A stretch of DNA of 64,000 nucleotides from an uncultured Ferruginibacter sp. (GTDB taxonomy: Bacteria > Bacteroidota > Bacteroidia > Chitinophagales > Chitinophagaceae): the NCBI GenBank assembly GCA_964647915.1, contig CAZYKA010000002.1, positions 29,822 through 93,821 of the forward strand, read 5' to 3'. This document shows positions 1-9,948 of the stretch, piece after piece. The position numbers and the translations under genes were made by a program. The notes under the pieces were generated by a model. That model saw only the letters and a program-made list of their open reading frames with translations, did not search any database and was not told where the DNA came from. Numbering within the stretch: position 1 is the first letter of the stretch; every line of letters begins with the position of its first letter.

Positions 1-108
1 TACCCCGCTTACATCATCCACAATCGCTTTCCGTTGTTCGAGCAGGCGGTTAAAGAATGTGCTTTTTCCTACGTTAGGTCTGCCGGTTATGGCTACTGTA
101 AAACTCAT
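1..108 (-). CDS. der: Ribosome biogenesis GTPase Der (EngA), 5' part, runs off window
   Basis: Hand translation [37 protein letters not shown]1 motif GRPNVGKST; directly downstream of era. Not in ORF track. Confidence 0.93.
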   Translation of the reverse strand, partial: MSFTVAITGRPNVGKSTFFNRLLEQRKAIVDDVSGV

Positions 109-116
109 GATTCGTT

Positions 117-983
117 TTAATATCCGTACTCTTTTAAATACAGTTCGTTATCGCGCCATTTAGGGCGCACCTTTACAAATAATTCAAGAAACACCTTTTG
201 ATCCAGAAACAATTCTATATCCTGTCTTGCCCTGGTACCCAAATCTCTGATCATTTTTCCTCCCTTCCCCAAAATAATCGCTTTTTGCGATTCTCGCTGC
301 ACAATTATATCGGCCATAATTTTAATAAGGGTCGATTTTTCTTTAAAGGATTGTACCAACACGGCAGTTTGATATGGCAATTCTTCCTGAAACAATTCAA
401 AAATTTTTTCCCGGATTATTTCGGAAATAAAAAATTTCATCGGAAGGTCGCTCAATTCATCTCCCTCATAAAATTTTTCTCCTTCGGGAATAAACTCCAG
501 CACCTTCTCAATGAGTTGTTCAATTCCACTTTTTTTAAGTGCTGAAATTTCCAGCATATACTTAATGTAAGGCCTCTCTGAAAAAAGTTCCCGGGCGTTT
601 TTCAATTGTAAGGCAGTGGCCAGGTCGGCTTTATTAAATACCAATAGGGCTGGTGCCTTAAGTTTCAATGAATCAAACAGGGCGAGGTCTTCGGTAAGGT
701 CTTTGCAGGCATCAACCACCAGGAGCGCCAGGTCGGCATCTTCCAAACCCGACTTTACTGCATGCATCATTTTCTCATGTAACCGATATTTCGGTTCAAT
801 GATACCGGGGGTGTCCGAAAAAATCAATTGGTAATTGTCTTCCGTTAATATGGCTTTAATACGATGGCGGGTAGTTTGGGCTTTGTGGGAAACAATTGAA
901 AGTTTCTCCCCCATAATCGCATTTAGCAACGTGCTCTTCCCGGCATTGGGCCTTCCAAATATGCTGATGAAACCTGCTTTCAT
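117..983 (-). CDS. era: GTPase Era
   Basis: [21 protein letters not shown] motifs; C-terminal KH domain (IILGKGG, LELFVKV). Confidence 0.98.
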   Translation of the reverse strand: MKAGFISIFGRPNAGKSTLLNAIMGEKLSIVSHKAQTTRHRIKAILTEDNYQLIFSDTPGIIEPKYRLHEKMMHAVKSGLEDADLALLVVDACKDLTEDLALFDSLKLKAPALLVFNKADLATALQLKNARELFSERPYIKYMLEISALKKSGIEQLIEKVLEFIPEGEKFYEGDELSDLPMKFFISEIIREKIFELFQEELPYQTAVLVQSFKEKSTLIKIMADIIVQRESQKAIILGKGGKMIRDLGTRARQDIELFLDQKVFLELFVKVRPKWRDNELYLKEYGY

Positions 984-994
984 TATAATGGCGG

Positions 995-1002
995 CAAAGC
1001 TA
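995..1002 (-). promoter_or_regulatory. Bacteroidota primary-sigma -7 box (TAGCTTTG) for era-der
   Basis: Exact TAnnTTTG, 11 nt upstream of era ATG. Confidence 0.7.
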
Positions 1003-1030
1003 TCCTATTTATTTCAGTGGTAAAAACTAT

Positions 1031-1054
1031 AAAAAAAACCGCCCTAAGGGCGGT
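1031..1054 (-). terminator. Intrinsic terminator after lipoprotein gene
   Basis: ACCGCCC-tta-GGGCGGT stem followed by a U-run on the minus strand. Confidence 0.85.
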
Positions 1055-1076
1055 CTATTAAAAAGATTAAGAATTT

Positions 1077-1499
1077 CTATTGTTTTGCGAAATGAAGGCT
1101 GTAGGTAGTGGTAATCGGGCCCACAGATGCGGAATTATCTGCATTAAATCCATTGCAATCCCAACCCGTAACTAATAAATCAGTTACTCCATAACCTATA
1201 TTGATTGTTATTTTCCCATTCACTATATCCCAGGTCCCAGTTTCATTATCGGCACAACTGGCTTCATTTGTATAGGTAGCTGATTTATCTGCATTTAAAT
1301 GATACACCCCCGATTTCTCACAGGAAGTAAGGGTGGATGAAAGGTCCTGCTCGGGCTGGCTGGTTATTTTTGCCGAATACTTGGTAAGTTTATAATTGCC
1401 CGCCATGGCAACTACAGAAACCTCGCAGGAATTCGATTTGCTTTTTTTACAGGATGCAAAAACACTAATTAAGAGTACAGCTAAAAATGCTTTTTTCAT
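1077..1499 (-). CDS. Lipocalin-like domain lipoprotein
   Basis: Start moved to MKKAFLAVLLISVFASC (lipobox); short beta-rich body with GTW motif. Confidence 0.7.
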   Translation of the reverse strand: MKKAFLAVLLISVFASCKKSKSNSCEVSVVAMAGNYKLTKYSAKITSQPEQDLSSTLTSCEKSGVYHLNADKSATYTNEASCADNETGTWDIVNGKITINIGYGVTDLLVTGWDCNGFNADNSASVGPITTTYSLHFAKQ

Positions 1500-1585
1500 A
1501 TTTATTTTATTTTTAAGATAAACTGAAAAATAAAACAATTATTTTTTTATAATATGTTAATTAAATGTTAATGACAGTTTATAAA

Positions 1586-1610
1586 ATAAAAAAACAGGCC
1601 TAAGCCTGTT
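1586..1610 (-). terminator. Intrinsic terminator after tRNA
   Basis: AACAGGC-ttag-GCCTGTT stem plus U-run on minus strand. Confidence 0.8.
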
Positions 1611-1614
1611 GATG

Positions 1615-1686
<72 letters not shown>

Positions 1687-1738
1687 ATGCAAATATATCG
1701 TATTATTCCTTTGATGCCAAAATATCTATTTTAGAAGA

Positions 1739-2590
1739 ATGAAAAAGATCATCCGATTTGCACTCCTTCTTGTATTATTTTCGTCCTGTAGCAAAAAGGT
1801 CAAAGAATCATCCGATCAACTTTACTCCCGTCATCTCCAAAGGAATGTTCAACTGTCTATAATCCGAACGCCCCTGCCAGAAAATAAAACGGGTATAAGC
1901 CTCCTGATTTTAAATGATGGTCAGGATATCCAGGAACTGGGTTTGAAAAACCAATTAGACAGCCTTTGGCGAAAGGGAATACTTTCGCCGGTGCTGGTAG
2001 TGGCGGTACATGCCGGCGATCGCCTTCGGGAATATGGAATAGCCGGGATTCCGGATTATCAAAACAGGGGCGACCGGGCCGATAAATATGATTCCTTCAT
2101 CAACAATGAACTATATCCTTATATCAAGAAAAAAACCGGTATCCGAAGTTTCAAGAATGTGGCCATTGCCGGATACTCCCAAGGTGGGCTTTCCGCCTTT
2201 GATATTGCCTGGAATAATGCGGCCAGATTTAATAAAGTAGGCGTTTTTTCCGGTTCCTTTTGGTGGCGCAATAAAGATTCTGCTGATCCGGATTATAAGG
2301 ATTCCATAAATAGGATTGCAATCAATATGATTCGTACTTCCCGAAAAAGACCCAACATTAAGATGTGGTTTTATGCAGGAGACAAGGAAGAAACAAGCGA
2401 CCGGGACAAAGATGGAATAATTGATGTGGTGGATGATACCCGGGACCTGATCAATACCTTGTATGATAAGAAATCGGTAACAGCTTCAGATATCACATGG
2501 ATTGAATCTCCTGGTGGTACGCATGATTATCACTCCTGGACAAAAGCATTGCCCTCCTTCCTGGTTTGGGCATTTGGGAAAAATGATTAA
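1739..2590 (+). CDS. Lipoprotein alpha/beta hydrolase, putative esterase family
   Basis: Lipobox FSSC; NDGQD, nucleophile GYSQGG, GVFSGSFWW, GGTHD..W. Confidence 0.85.
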   Translation: MKKIIRFALLLVLFSSCSKKVKESSDQLYSRHLQRNVQLSIIRTPLPENKTGISLLILNDGQDIQELGLKNQLDSLWRKGILSPVLVVAVHAGDRLREYGIAGIPDYQNRGDRADKYDSFINNELYPYIKKKTGIRSFKNVAIAGYSQGGLSAFDIAWNNAARFNKVGVFSGSFWWRNKDSADPDYKDSINRIAINMIRTSRKRPNIKMWFYAGDKEETSDRDKDGIIDVVDDTRDLINTLYDKKSVTASDITWIESPGGTHDYHSWTKALPSFLVWAFGKND

Positions 2591-3306
2591 TCCTTCTTCA
2601 GGATTGAACTTGCGCCGGAACTGTGTTCCTTAAGCAGGCTCGCATTTCCCTTATACCGTATATCACTTGCCCCACTTGCATTTGCGGTAAGGAGGGTATT
2701 GGCAGTAATAAAAACATCCGACGCCCCCGACGCATTGGCAAGGCAGGTATCTGCAACTAACCCATACCCATGAACATCACTTGCCCCGCTGGTTACTATA
2801 TTCACCGTGGTGGCCTTGCCATTTATTTTTGCATCAGAGCCATTGGAGAGATTCAGGTTGAGTTGATTCAGACTTACTTCTCCATTAAAACTACTGCCCG
2901 AGGTGGCCCTTATGCTGAGCGCTTCCCCTTTTACCATTCCTAATATGGTTACACTGGATCCATTACTAACCCGTATATCTTTGAGTTGAATAAAGGATAT
3001 ATATGCATTGGCTGTTGAACGCTGATATGAACAACCGGGTATTTTTTGGAAACTGATATTCAATACATCATTCGAAATACTGGCTTTAATAGTGCTGCCA
3101 CAATTAGGTTTATTCCCACTTGCTGCCATTGAAATGGTATCAGATTGAGAAAGAAAAACGTGAATTCCATCGGAAACTTCAATAGCATTAAAGGTGCCAG
3201 AAATTACTACAGGTACTGCATTCTCATCCAATACGATTTGTTTTTGACCAATAACCAGGTTAGAAATGGAGAAAAGGACTATTAAGACGAGGAATTTCTT
3301 TTTCAT
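2587..3306 (-). CDS. DUF2807 / head GIN domain protein
   Basis: Signal peptide; repeated SGAS/SNGS beta-solenoid units; C-terminal I.YKGN....SSGASSI. Confidence 0.85.
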   Translation of the reverse strand: MKKKFLVLIVLFSISNLVIGQKQIVLDENAVPVVISGTFNAIEVSDGIHVFLSQSDTISMAASGNKPNCGSTIKASISNDVLNISFQKIPGCSYQRSTANAYISFIQLKDIRVSNGSSVTILGMVKGEALSIRATSGSSFNGEVSLNQLNLNLSNGSDAKINGKATTVNIVTSGASDVHGYGLVADTCLANASGASDVFITANTLLTANASGASDIRYKGNASLLKEHSSGASSILKKD

Positions 3307-3331
3307 ACATAGCAATTTTGATACAAACTGA

Positions 3332-3357
3332 AACGGTTGAACCGTAAAAAAGTTACA
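3332..3357 (-). promoter_or_regulatory. Putative ECF-sigma promoter for DUF2807 gene
   Basis: Minus strand TGTAAC-N16-CGTT, matching the generic ECF AAC/CGT consensus. Confidence 0.55.
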
Positions 3358-3422
3358 AGTTTTAAAAAAGTAACGGATTCTGCCTAATTTTGCATTTCGA
3401 TCTTATTAAAAATTTACTGCAA

Positions 3423-3499
3423 GATTACCGGGGTGCTTTTATAAAGGCTGAGATTAAACCCGAAAACCTGCTCAGGATAATGCCTGCGAAGGGAGAATC
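3423..3499 (+). ncRNA. TPP (thi-box) riboswitch
   Basis: GGGGTGC...GGCTGAGA...ACCC..AACCTG.TCAGGATAATGCCTGCG.AGGGA consensus; TAATTTTG promoter box at 3385-3392. Confidence 0.95.
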
Positions 3500-3539
3500 A
3501 ACCGCAATTTCACGCCGGTACCTGCACAAATCTTTTTAC

Positions 3540-5696
3540 ATGAAAAATGGATTCCTGTTGCTGGCACTTTTATGCCCGGTGTATATTTTCGCCCAAAAAA
3601 AGAATATTACCGATACCTCTCTTCTGCAACCAGTTGAAATTGTGGCTACAAGGGCTTCAGATTATAGCCCCGTTACCCAAACCACCGTTTCCAAAGCCCA
3701 GCTTGAGAAACTCAATTATGGCCCCGACTTACCATTTTTGCTTGATCAGACTCCCGGAGTGGTAGTAAATTCCGATGCGGGGAATGGGGTTGGATATACC
3801 GGCATCCGGATACGCGGTTCAGATGCCAGTCGTATAAATGTTAGCATCAACGGAATTCCCTTCAATGATGCAGAAAGTCAGGGAACTTTTTTTGTTGATA
3901 TACCTGATATTGCTTCATCAACAGGAAGCATTCAGGTTCAACGGGGAGTAGGTACCAGTACCAATGGCACAGGTGCTTTTGGTGCGAGCATTAATTTAAA
4001 TACCAACGAGATAAAGGTAGAACCTGCCTTCAGCCTGAATAGTAGTTTTGGTTCCTATCAGACTTTTAAAAATACGGTAGCATTTAACAGTGGCATTTTT
4101 AAAAAGCATTTTACTATCGATGGCAGGTTAAGTTACCTACGGAGTGATGGATATATAGACCGGGCCTTCAGCAGGTTAAAATCCGGTTTTTTAAGCGCCG
4201 CTTACATCACCCACAACAACTCAGTTCGATTCAATATAATATCCGGTAAAGAAAAAACTTATCAGGCATGGAATGGAATTGATGCATTGGCACTGGATAC
4301 AAATCGTACTTACAATTCATCCGGTACAGAAAAACCAGGAAGCCCGTATTCAAATGAAACCGACAACTATACACAAAGTCATTACCAACTTTTTTACAAC
4401 CACCAATTTTCACCAGCCTTTAAAACCAGCCTTGCCCTATTTCTGACCCGGGGCAAAGGGTATTACGAACAATATAAAGCCAGGGAAAATTTCTCGGATT
4501 ATGGGTTGCCTGATTACCATAGTGGAACCGATGTAATTTCGCAGTCTGATATCATCCGAAGGTTATGGCTCAACAATTATTTTTACGGAAGCACTTTATC
4601 TGCAGAGTATAAAAGAAATAATACGAACCTCATATTGGGGGGATCCGTTACCGGATATAATGGGCAGCACTTCGGCAGAATCATCTGGGCGGAAATACAG
4701 GATGCCATCCCTAATGATTTCGAATGGTACAATGTAAATGCATTTAAGCACGATTTTGCTCTATATGGAAAATGGACTCAAAAAATTAAGGGTCGTTGGT
4801 TTACCTACCTGGACCTTCAGGGCAGATTGGTAAATTATAAGATTAATGGATTCAGAGAGAACCCTGCCCTTGATTGGAACAACAAATATTTCTTCTTAAA
4901 TCCCAAGGCCGGTATCACTTATCGCAGCGCAAAACTTACCGGGTACATTTCTTTTGGGAAAGCGGCCAAAGAACCCAATCGCGATGATTTTGAAGCGGCT
5001 GTTTATGAAAAACCCAAAGCTGAGAAACTATATGATTTGGAGGCCGGTTTTCAAATAAAGAATAAGACCCATACAGTGGGTGTCAATCTATATTATATGT
5101 CTTATAAAGACCAACTTATTCTTACCGGAAAAATAAATGATGTGGGGGCCTATACCAGAACCAACACTCCACAAAGTTACCGGGTTGGTATGGAAGCACA
5201 GGCAAGTGCACCAATCCTACCCTGGTTTTCCCTAAGTGGAAATATCTGCGTAAGCAAAAACAGGGTTAAAGAATTTTCTGAATTTATTGATGACTATGAT
5301 AATGGGGGACAAAATGAAAAGCAATACCATAATACACCCATTGCATTTTCTCCTGGAATTACCGGCAGCCTTAACCTCGAATTAGCTCCGATTAAAGATA
5401 TGACAGTTCACCTGGTAAGCAAATATGTGGGGAGACAATATCTCGATAATTCAGGGGTAAAAGAACGGAGTCTGGATCCCTATTTTTTGGAAAATATCAT
5501 ACTTTCCTATTCCTGGAAAATAAAAGGAACCAGGGAACTGGAATTCTTCTTTCATGCCAACAACATTTTCTCTAAAAAATACGAAGCGAATGGGTACAGC
5601 TATTCCTTTATTTATGATGGAAAATTAAATACCGAAAATTATTATTTTCCAATGGCACCCCTAAATGTAATGGGGGGAATAAATATTCATCTATAG
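3540..5696 (+). CDS. TonB-dependent receptor, probable thiamine/thiamine-precursor uptake
   Basis: Start moved to MKNGFLLL (signal peptide; the ORF-track extension runs through the riboswitch); plug motifs IRIRG, INGIP, QVQRG; TPP riboswitch upstream. Confidence 0.9.
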   Translation: MKNGFLLLALLCPVYIFAQKKNITDTSLLQPVEIVATRASDYSPVTQTTVSKAQLEKLNYGPDLPFLLDQTPGVVVNSDAGNGVGYTGIRIRGSDASRINVSINGIPFNDAESQGTFFVDIPDIASSTGSIQVQRGVGTSTNGTGAFGASINLNTNEIKVEPAFSLNSSFGSYQTFKNTVAFNSGIFKKHFTIDGRLSYLRSDGYIDRAFSRLKSGFLSAAYITHNNSVRFNIISGKEKTYQAWNGIDALALDTNRTYNSSGTEKPGSPYSNETDNYTQSHYQLFYNHQFSPAFKTSLALFLTRGKGYYEQYKARENFSDYGLPDYHSGTDVISQSDIIRRLWLNNYFYGSTLSAEYKRNNTNLILGGSVTGYNGQHFGRIIWAEIQDAIPNDFEWYNVNAFKHDFALYGKWTQKIKGRWFTYLDLQGRLVNYKINGFRENPALDWNNKYFFLNPKAGITYRSAKLTGYISFGKAAKEPNRDDFEAAVYEKPKAEKLYDLEAGFQIKNKTHTVGVNLYYMSYKDQLILTGKINDVGAYTRTNTPQSYRVGMEAQASAPILPWFSLSGNICVSKNRVKEFSEFIDDYDNGGQNEKQYHNTPIAFSPGITGSLNLELAPIKDMTVHLVSKYVGRQYLDNSGVKERSLDPYFLENIILSYSWKIKGTRELEFFFHANNIFSKKYEANGYSYSFIYDGKLNTENYYFPMAPLNVMGGINIHL

Positions 5697-6005
5697 TGTA
5701 TCTCCCTGCATTGCTGCCCAGGCTACCATGCCACCTGCCAGGTTCTTTACATTTTGAAAGCCCATGGTTTCCAACATAAGGGAGGCCTGCATGCTCCGGT
5801 TACCACTTCTGCAGTAGCAAATCACCTCCTGGTCTTTCAGGTTTTCAATTTCATCAATTTGCATGGACATAATATTTCCTAACGGAATGGAAATTCCTCC
5901 AACATTGTAGGCTTCATGTTCGGCCGGTTCACGCACATCTAACAGATTTAAATTTTCTTTATCGGCCAACCGGGCCTTTAATTGTTCGCAGGTGATTAAC
6001 TCCAT
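5691..6005 (-). CDS. Single-domain rhodanese-like protein
   Basis: LLDVREPAE, YCRSGNRS, NLAGGMVAW. Confidence 0.92.
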   Translation of the reverse strand: MELITCEQLKARLADKENLNLLDVREPAEHEAYNVGGISIPLGNIMSMQIDEIENLKDQEVICYCRSGNRSMQASLMLETMGFQNVKNLAGGMVAWAAMQGDTL

Positions 6006-6007
6006 GT

Positions 6008-6805
6008 TTAAGGATTAATTATTAAAGTATCCGCTTTCCTTTCTTTACTTAAAAACAGGTCCATAATCTGCCCTGCTTTCATAAACATCAGTTCTTTAGA
6101 CGGGTTGTAACGGGGAGGATCCTGTTTCCAAATAAATGCAGCACTGGTATCCGTTACATCCGGATCCGGGATAATGGCACCAATTGTAATCTGATTTGAA
6201 TCCAGGATGGGCCTGGCTTCAGAAAGGGTCATATTAACCAGGTCGGGAACTGGAAATTTTTCTTCAGAAAGCCCGCCGGCAATTACCAGGCTGATAGCAC
6301 TTCCATAGGGTATTTTGGAACCAGGTTCAATGGCTCTGCCATTAAAGGATTGTTCCAAAACAGACCCTTTCATAAAATCGGGCCTACTGGTCGTGTCGCC
6401 AAGCTTCAGGTGGTTTCGGTCAAGAATAACCAGGGCATATCCCAGCGTTTTCCCTACCAGGTCGGGCACATCCACCAGCGGGAGGGTTAAGCGGTTAACG
6501 GTAAGAAATACAGTGCGGTTAACCTTTACCGTGCTATTGGGATCGGGTAGTTGTTTCAACACGGTGCCTTTTTGGGCCGTATCCACATAAACTGAATCCT
6601 GAATCAGGACATCAAATCCTTTGCTTTCTAAAAACTTCACTGCTTCCTCCGTACTTTTTCCGACAACTTCAGGTACTACAAGGTATTCGCCATGCCGGGT
6701 TATTTTTCCAAGCATCATCAAAACTCCAAAAATGATCAGCAAGCCCAGGATGCCTGCTACAAGGAGGTTTACCCAAAATGGTTTATGTGTTATAAACTTA
6801 AACAA
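6008..6805 (-). CDS. PASTA domain protein (membrane-anchored, 3 repeats)
   Basis: N-terminal TM helix; VPEVVGK / VPDLVGK / VPDLVNM repeats; adjacent to ddl; TTG start. Confidence 0.9.
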   Translation of the reverse strand: MFKFITHKPFWVNLLVAGILGLLIIFGVLMMLGKITRHGEYLVVPEVVGKSTEEAVKFLESKGFDVLIQDSVYVDTAQKGTVLKQLPDPNSTVKVNRTVFLTVNRLTLPLVDVPDLVGKTLGYALVILDRNHLKLGDTTSRPDFMKGSVLEQSFNGRAIEPGSKIPYGSAISLVIAGGLSEEKFPVPDLVNMTLSEARPILDSNQITIGAIIPDPDVTDTSAAFIWKQDPPRYNPSKELMFMKAGQIMDLFLSKERKADTLIINP

Positions 6806-6844
6806 AGCAACTGTTTTGTATAAAAGTAAATGAAATTAAAAAGA

Positions 6845-7822
6845 TTATTCAAAACAGGATTCAATTAAGCGGGAATAGAAGTCCATTAAATTCCACCCAT
6901 ATGCTTTTACCTGCTGCGGTACAATACTGGCTTCACTTTGTCCTGGTACAGTATTAATTTCCAAAAGAAACGGCCGATTCAAATTCTCCTCAAAAATAAA
7001 ATCCATACGCACAATACCATGGCAGTTGAATACGGTATAGGCCTTTAAAGCGGCTTCTCGTACCAGGTTAGCCATTCCTTCCTCTACCGGGGCAGGAGTA
7101 ATTTCTTCACTTGCTCCTTCATACTTCGCTTCAAAATCGAAGAATTCGTTTTTTGAAATGATTTCCGTAATGGGCAGGCAGATAATTCCGGATTTCGTTT
7201 TCAGAACACCTATAGTCAATTCCCGTCCTTTAATAAATTCTTCCACCAAAACCTGATTATCCTCATGAAAGGCTTTCTCCAATGCCGGCAATAATTGTTC
7301 GGGAATATTTACGCGGCTAATGCCGAGGCTACTACCTCCATTGTTGGGTTTCACGAAAACCGGGAGCGTTAATTGAGACAAAATTTCTGCCGGTTCATAT
7401 TTCTCATCTGCAAAAAGATGTAAAGATTTAGCCACGTTAATACCAGCAAATGCGGCAACAGCCACTGTATAACGCTTGTTAAATGTAAGAGCAGAAGTAG
7501 CCGCATTGCAAGAGGTGTAAGGCAAGCCAATACAATCAAAATATCCCTGCAGTTTTCCATCTTCCCCGGGTGTGCCATGGATACCGATTAACACGGCATC
7601 GAAGGTTATTTTATTTCCCTTAATGGTAATTGAAAAATCATTTTTATCTACCTCTACCTTGGGGTTTGAATCCATCAGGAACCAGCCATCCGGATTAATA
7701 TCGATGGTATAGCATTCCCATTTTTCGGGGTCAATATTTTTGCTGATGGTTTTTGCACTGTTATAAGAAATCACCGATTCGCCGGAGTAACCACCGGTAA
7801 CAAAAGCAATTCTTTTTCTCAT
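6845..7822 (-). CDS. ddl: D-alanine--D-alanine ligase
   Basis: GGYSGE, HGTPGEDG, KPNNGGSS, FDFEAKY, LEINTVPG; start at MRKRIAF. Confidence 0.97.
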   Translation of the reverse strand: MRKRIAFVTGGYSGESVISYNSAKTISKNIDPEKWECYTIDINPDGWFLMDSNPKVEVDKNDFSITIKGNKITFDAVLIGIHGTPGEDGKLQGYFDCIGLPYTSCNAATSALTFNKRYTVAVAAFAGINVAKSLHLFADEKYEPAEILSQLTLPVFVKPNNGGSSLGISRVNIPEQLLPALEKAFHEDNQVLVEEFIKGRELTIGVLKTKSGIICLPITEIISKNEFFDFEAKYEGASEEITPAPVEEGMANLVREAALKAYTVFNCHGIVRMDFIFEENLNRPFLLEINTVPGQSEASIVPQQVKAYGWNLMDFYSRLIESCFE

Positions 7823-7836
7823 ATAGGTATTTGGGT

Positions 7837-8310
7837 TCAATTTTCTTTTTCGTCTATACCAGGGTTTCCCGAATCAAGTACAAATTTCCAATTTCCATCA
7901 CTTTGCTTTTTCCAGATATTGATATAGGTGCCATAAATAGCCGTATCCTTATCGGCAGGCTTTACCACATACACGCCATAAGTATAGCCCAAGTCGCCGG
8001 AAGCAGCAATATCTGCAGCACTGGGGCGCCATGAAATGGAAAAATTACTATCATCCTGTTGAATAAGATAATCTACTGCCTCAGCACCAATTATAGGCAT
8101 GTGGCCGGGGCGAAGTAATATCCCGTTACTGTCGATATATTCTAAAAAAGCCTGCTTCATACCCTTCTCCAGGCAAACTTTGGAAAATGATCTATCCACC
8201 TCCATCAGCCTCATTTTTTCTGACTGGGGGTTGGAGGCCGCTTTTTGTTTGCAGGAAAAGGCAAATAAAAAGGATATGGCAAAAATCTTTAAGCCAGGAT
8301 ATAATTTCAC
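7837..8310 (-). CDS. NTF2-like (DUF4440/YybH-type) lipoprotein
   Basis: Probable GTG start at 8310 giving lipobox AFSC; SGDLGYTYG, GTYINIWKKQSDGNWKF motifs. Confidence 0.8.
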   Translation of the reverse strand: MKLYPGLKIFAISFLFAFSCKQKAASNPQSEKMRLMEVDRSFSKVCLEKGMKQAFLEYIDSNGILLRPGHMPIIGAEAVDYLIQQDDSNFSISWRPSAADIAASGDLGYTYGVYVVKPADKDTAIYGTYINIWKKQSDGNWKFVLDSGNPGIDEKEN

Positions 8311-8433
8311 CGGGGCAAGATACTTAAATAAACTGCAGGCAAATAAAAGAAAAAGGCGAAAGTATTGATAAATACCTTCGCCCATGTTACAGGAAATATC
8401 ACCTGCATATATCAGCCTTTCGGCATCAACAGG

Positions 8434-8781
8434 CTAAATGTGCAGCCTGTTCTTTTTCTCCATCAATTCATCCACCGTTTCGCGGTAGGCTTCATCCGGC
8501 ACACAACAATCAACCGGGCAAACGGCAGCACACTGAGGCTCTTCATGAAACCCCTGGCATTCTGTGCATTTACTGGGTACAATGTAATAGGTATCATTGG
8601 CAACCGGGTTGTTTCGCTGGTCTGAATCTACTACAGAACCATCCATCAGGGTGTAATTGCCCTTTACCGTAGTTCCATCTGCAATGGCCCACTCAACTCC
8701 ACCTTCATAAATAGCATTATTTGGGCATTCGGGCTCACAGGCACCACAATTAATACATTCTTCTGTTATCTTAATGGCCAT
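8434..8781 (-). CDS. 2[4Fe-4S] ferredoxin (YfhL-like)
   Basis: [12 protein letters not shown] and [22 protein letters not shown] motifs. Confidence 0.95.
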   Translation of the reverse strand: MAIKITEECINCGACEPECPNNAIYEGGVEWAIADGTTVKGNYTLMDGSVVDSDQRNNPVANDTYYIVPSKCTECQGFHEEPQCAAVCPVDCCVPDEAYRETVDELMEKKNRLHI

Positions 8782-8816
8782 CTTAAATTAATTTTATCGC
8801 AAGATAGTAAGGAGAT

Positions 8817-9806
8817 ATGAATTTACATGATCGTATTGATATTATGGCAGAACTTGCCAATTTTCTTTGTTCCCAAAATCGGGAATGGGTATCTGCAAAA
8901 TTAAAAGCGGAAAGTGAAAACCCCTGGTTTACGCAAGGATTCATTGAGTTATCCATAAAAAACATTGTTATGGAATACCTCGATAAAAATAAGCTAAAAG
9001 AATGGGTAAACTTTTATCATTTAGATGATAACATAAATTCTAAATTAGTTGGATTGGTTATGGCAGGCAATATCCCCCTGGTTGGTTTTCACGATTTTCT
9101 ATGCTTATTTATTTCTGGGCACAGGCAAATGATAAAACCTTCCTCGAAGGATGAGGCATTGATAAGAGAAATCGTAAAGTACCTTCACCTGCAATTCCCT
9201 GAAACATCAACATACATTCTCCTGGCCGATCAGCTCAAGGGATGTGATGCCTACATCGCAACAGGAAGCAACAATAGTTCAAGATATTTTGAACAATATT
9301 TTTCCAAATACCCCCATATTATTCGAAAAAATAAAACCTCGGTGGCGGTATTAACCGGCGATGAGTCAGAAACCGACCTGGCATTACTCGCTGCGGATGT
9401 GCAAACTTTTTTTGGTCTGGGATGCCGGAGTGTTACAAAAATATATGTGCCGGAGGGATACGATTTTATTCCCCTGCTGAATTCTTTCAAAAAATTTGAT
9501 TACCTCATCGAAAACCAGCGATATAAAAATAATTACGATTACCAATTATCGATCCTGTTACTTAACCGGCAACATTATATGTCCAATGACAGTATTTTGT
9601 TGGTAGAAAACGATTCCCCATTTTCACCTATTTCAGTTCTTAACTACAATTTTTATAAACCCGGGGATCCGGTTCCGCGGGAAAATATCCAGGATTTGCA
9701 ATGTATTTCCGGAAAGGGGCAAATGCAACCCGGTACTTTGCAGCACCCGGGGTTGTTCGATTATGCCGATGGTGTGGATACAATGGCCTTTCTGCTGCAA
9801 CTTTAA
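8817..9806 (+). CDS. LuxC-like acyl-CoA reductase family protein
   Basis: MAGNIPLVGFHD, IATGSNN, FGLGCRSV (candidate catalytic Cys), YADGVDT. Confidence 0.85.
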   Translation: MNLHDRIDIMAELANFLCSQNREWVSAKLKAESENPWFTQGFIELSIKNIVMEYLDKNKLKEWVNFYHLDDNINSKLVGLVMAGNIPLVGFHDFLCLFISGHRQMIKPSSKDEALIREIVKYLHLQFPETSTYILLADQLKGCDAYIATGSNNSSRYFEQYFSKYPHIIRKNKTSVAVLTGDESETDLALLAADVQTFFGLGCRSVTKIYVPEGYDFIPLLNSFKKFDYLIENQRYKNNYDYQLSILLLNRQHYMSNDSILLVENDSPFSPISVLNYNFYKPGDPVPRENIQDLQCISGKGQMQPGTLQHPGLFDYADGVDTMAFLLQL

Positions 9807-9891
9807 GGATCTACGAAACTCTTCCTAATTGTATGTTAAACCTTTATTTTTGAAAATACAATTTGTCAGTCTGCTGTTATTTTGTAATCGA

Positions 9892-9906
9892 AGGCATGGA
9901 AATTGA
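9892..9906 (+). promoter_or_regulatory. Sigma54-like -24/-12 promoter for degP
   Basis: aGG-CATGGAAATT-GA = GG-N10-G(A), 42 nt upstream of ATG. Confidence 0.55.
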
Positions 9907-9948
9907 ACCTTTCGACTTACCAGAAGATTAAAAAGAAAAACTAAAACC

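Noticed and set aside
3390..3539. ORF-track N-terminal extension of the TonB receptor
   Set aside because: It runs through the promoter and TPP riboswitch; the signal peptide begins at 3540.
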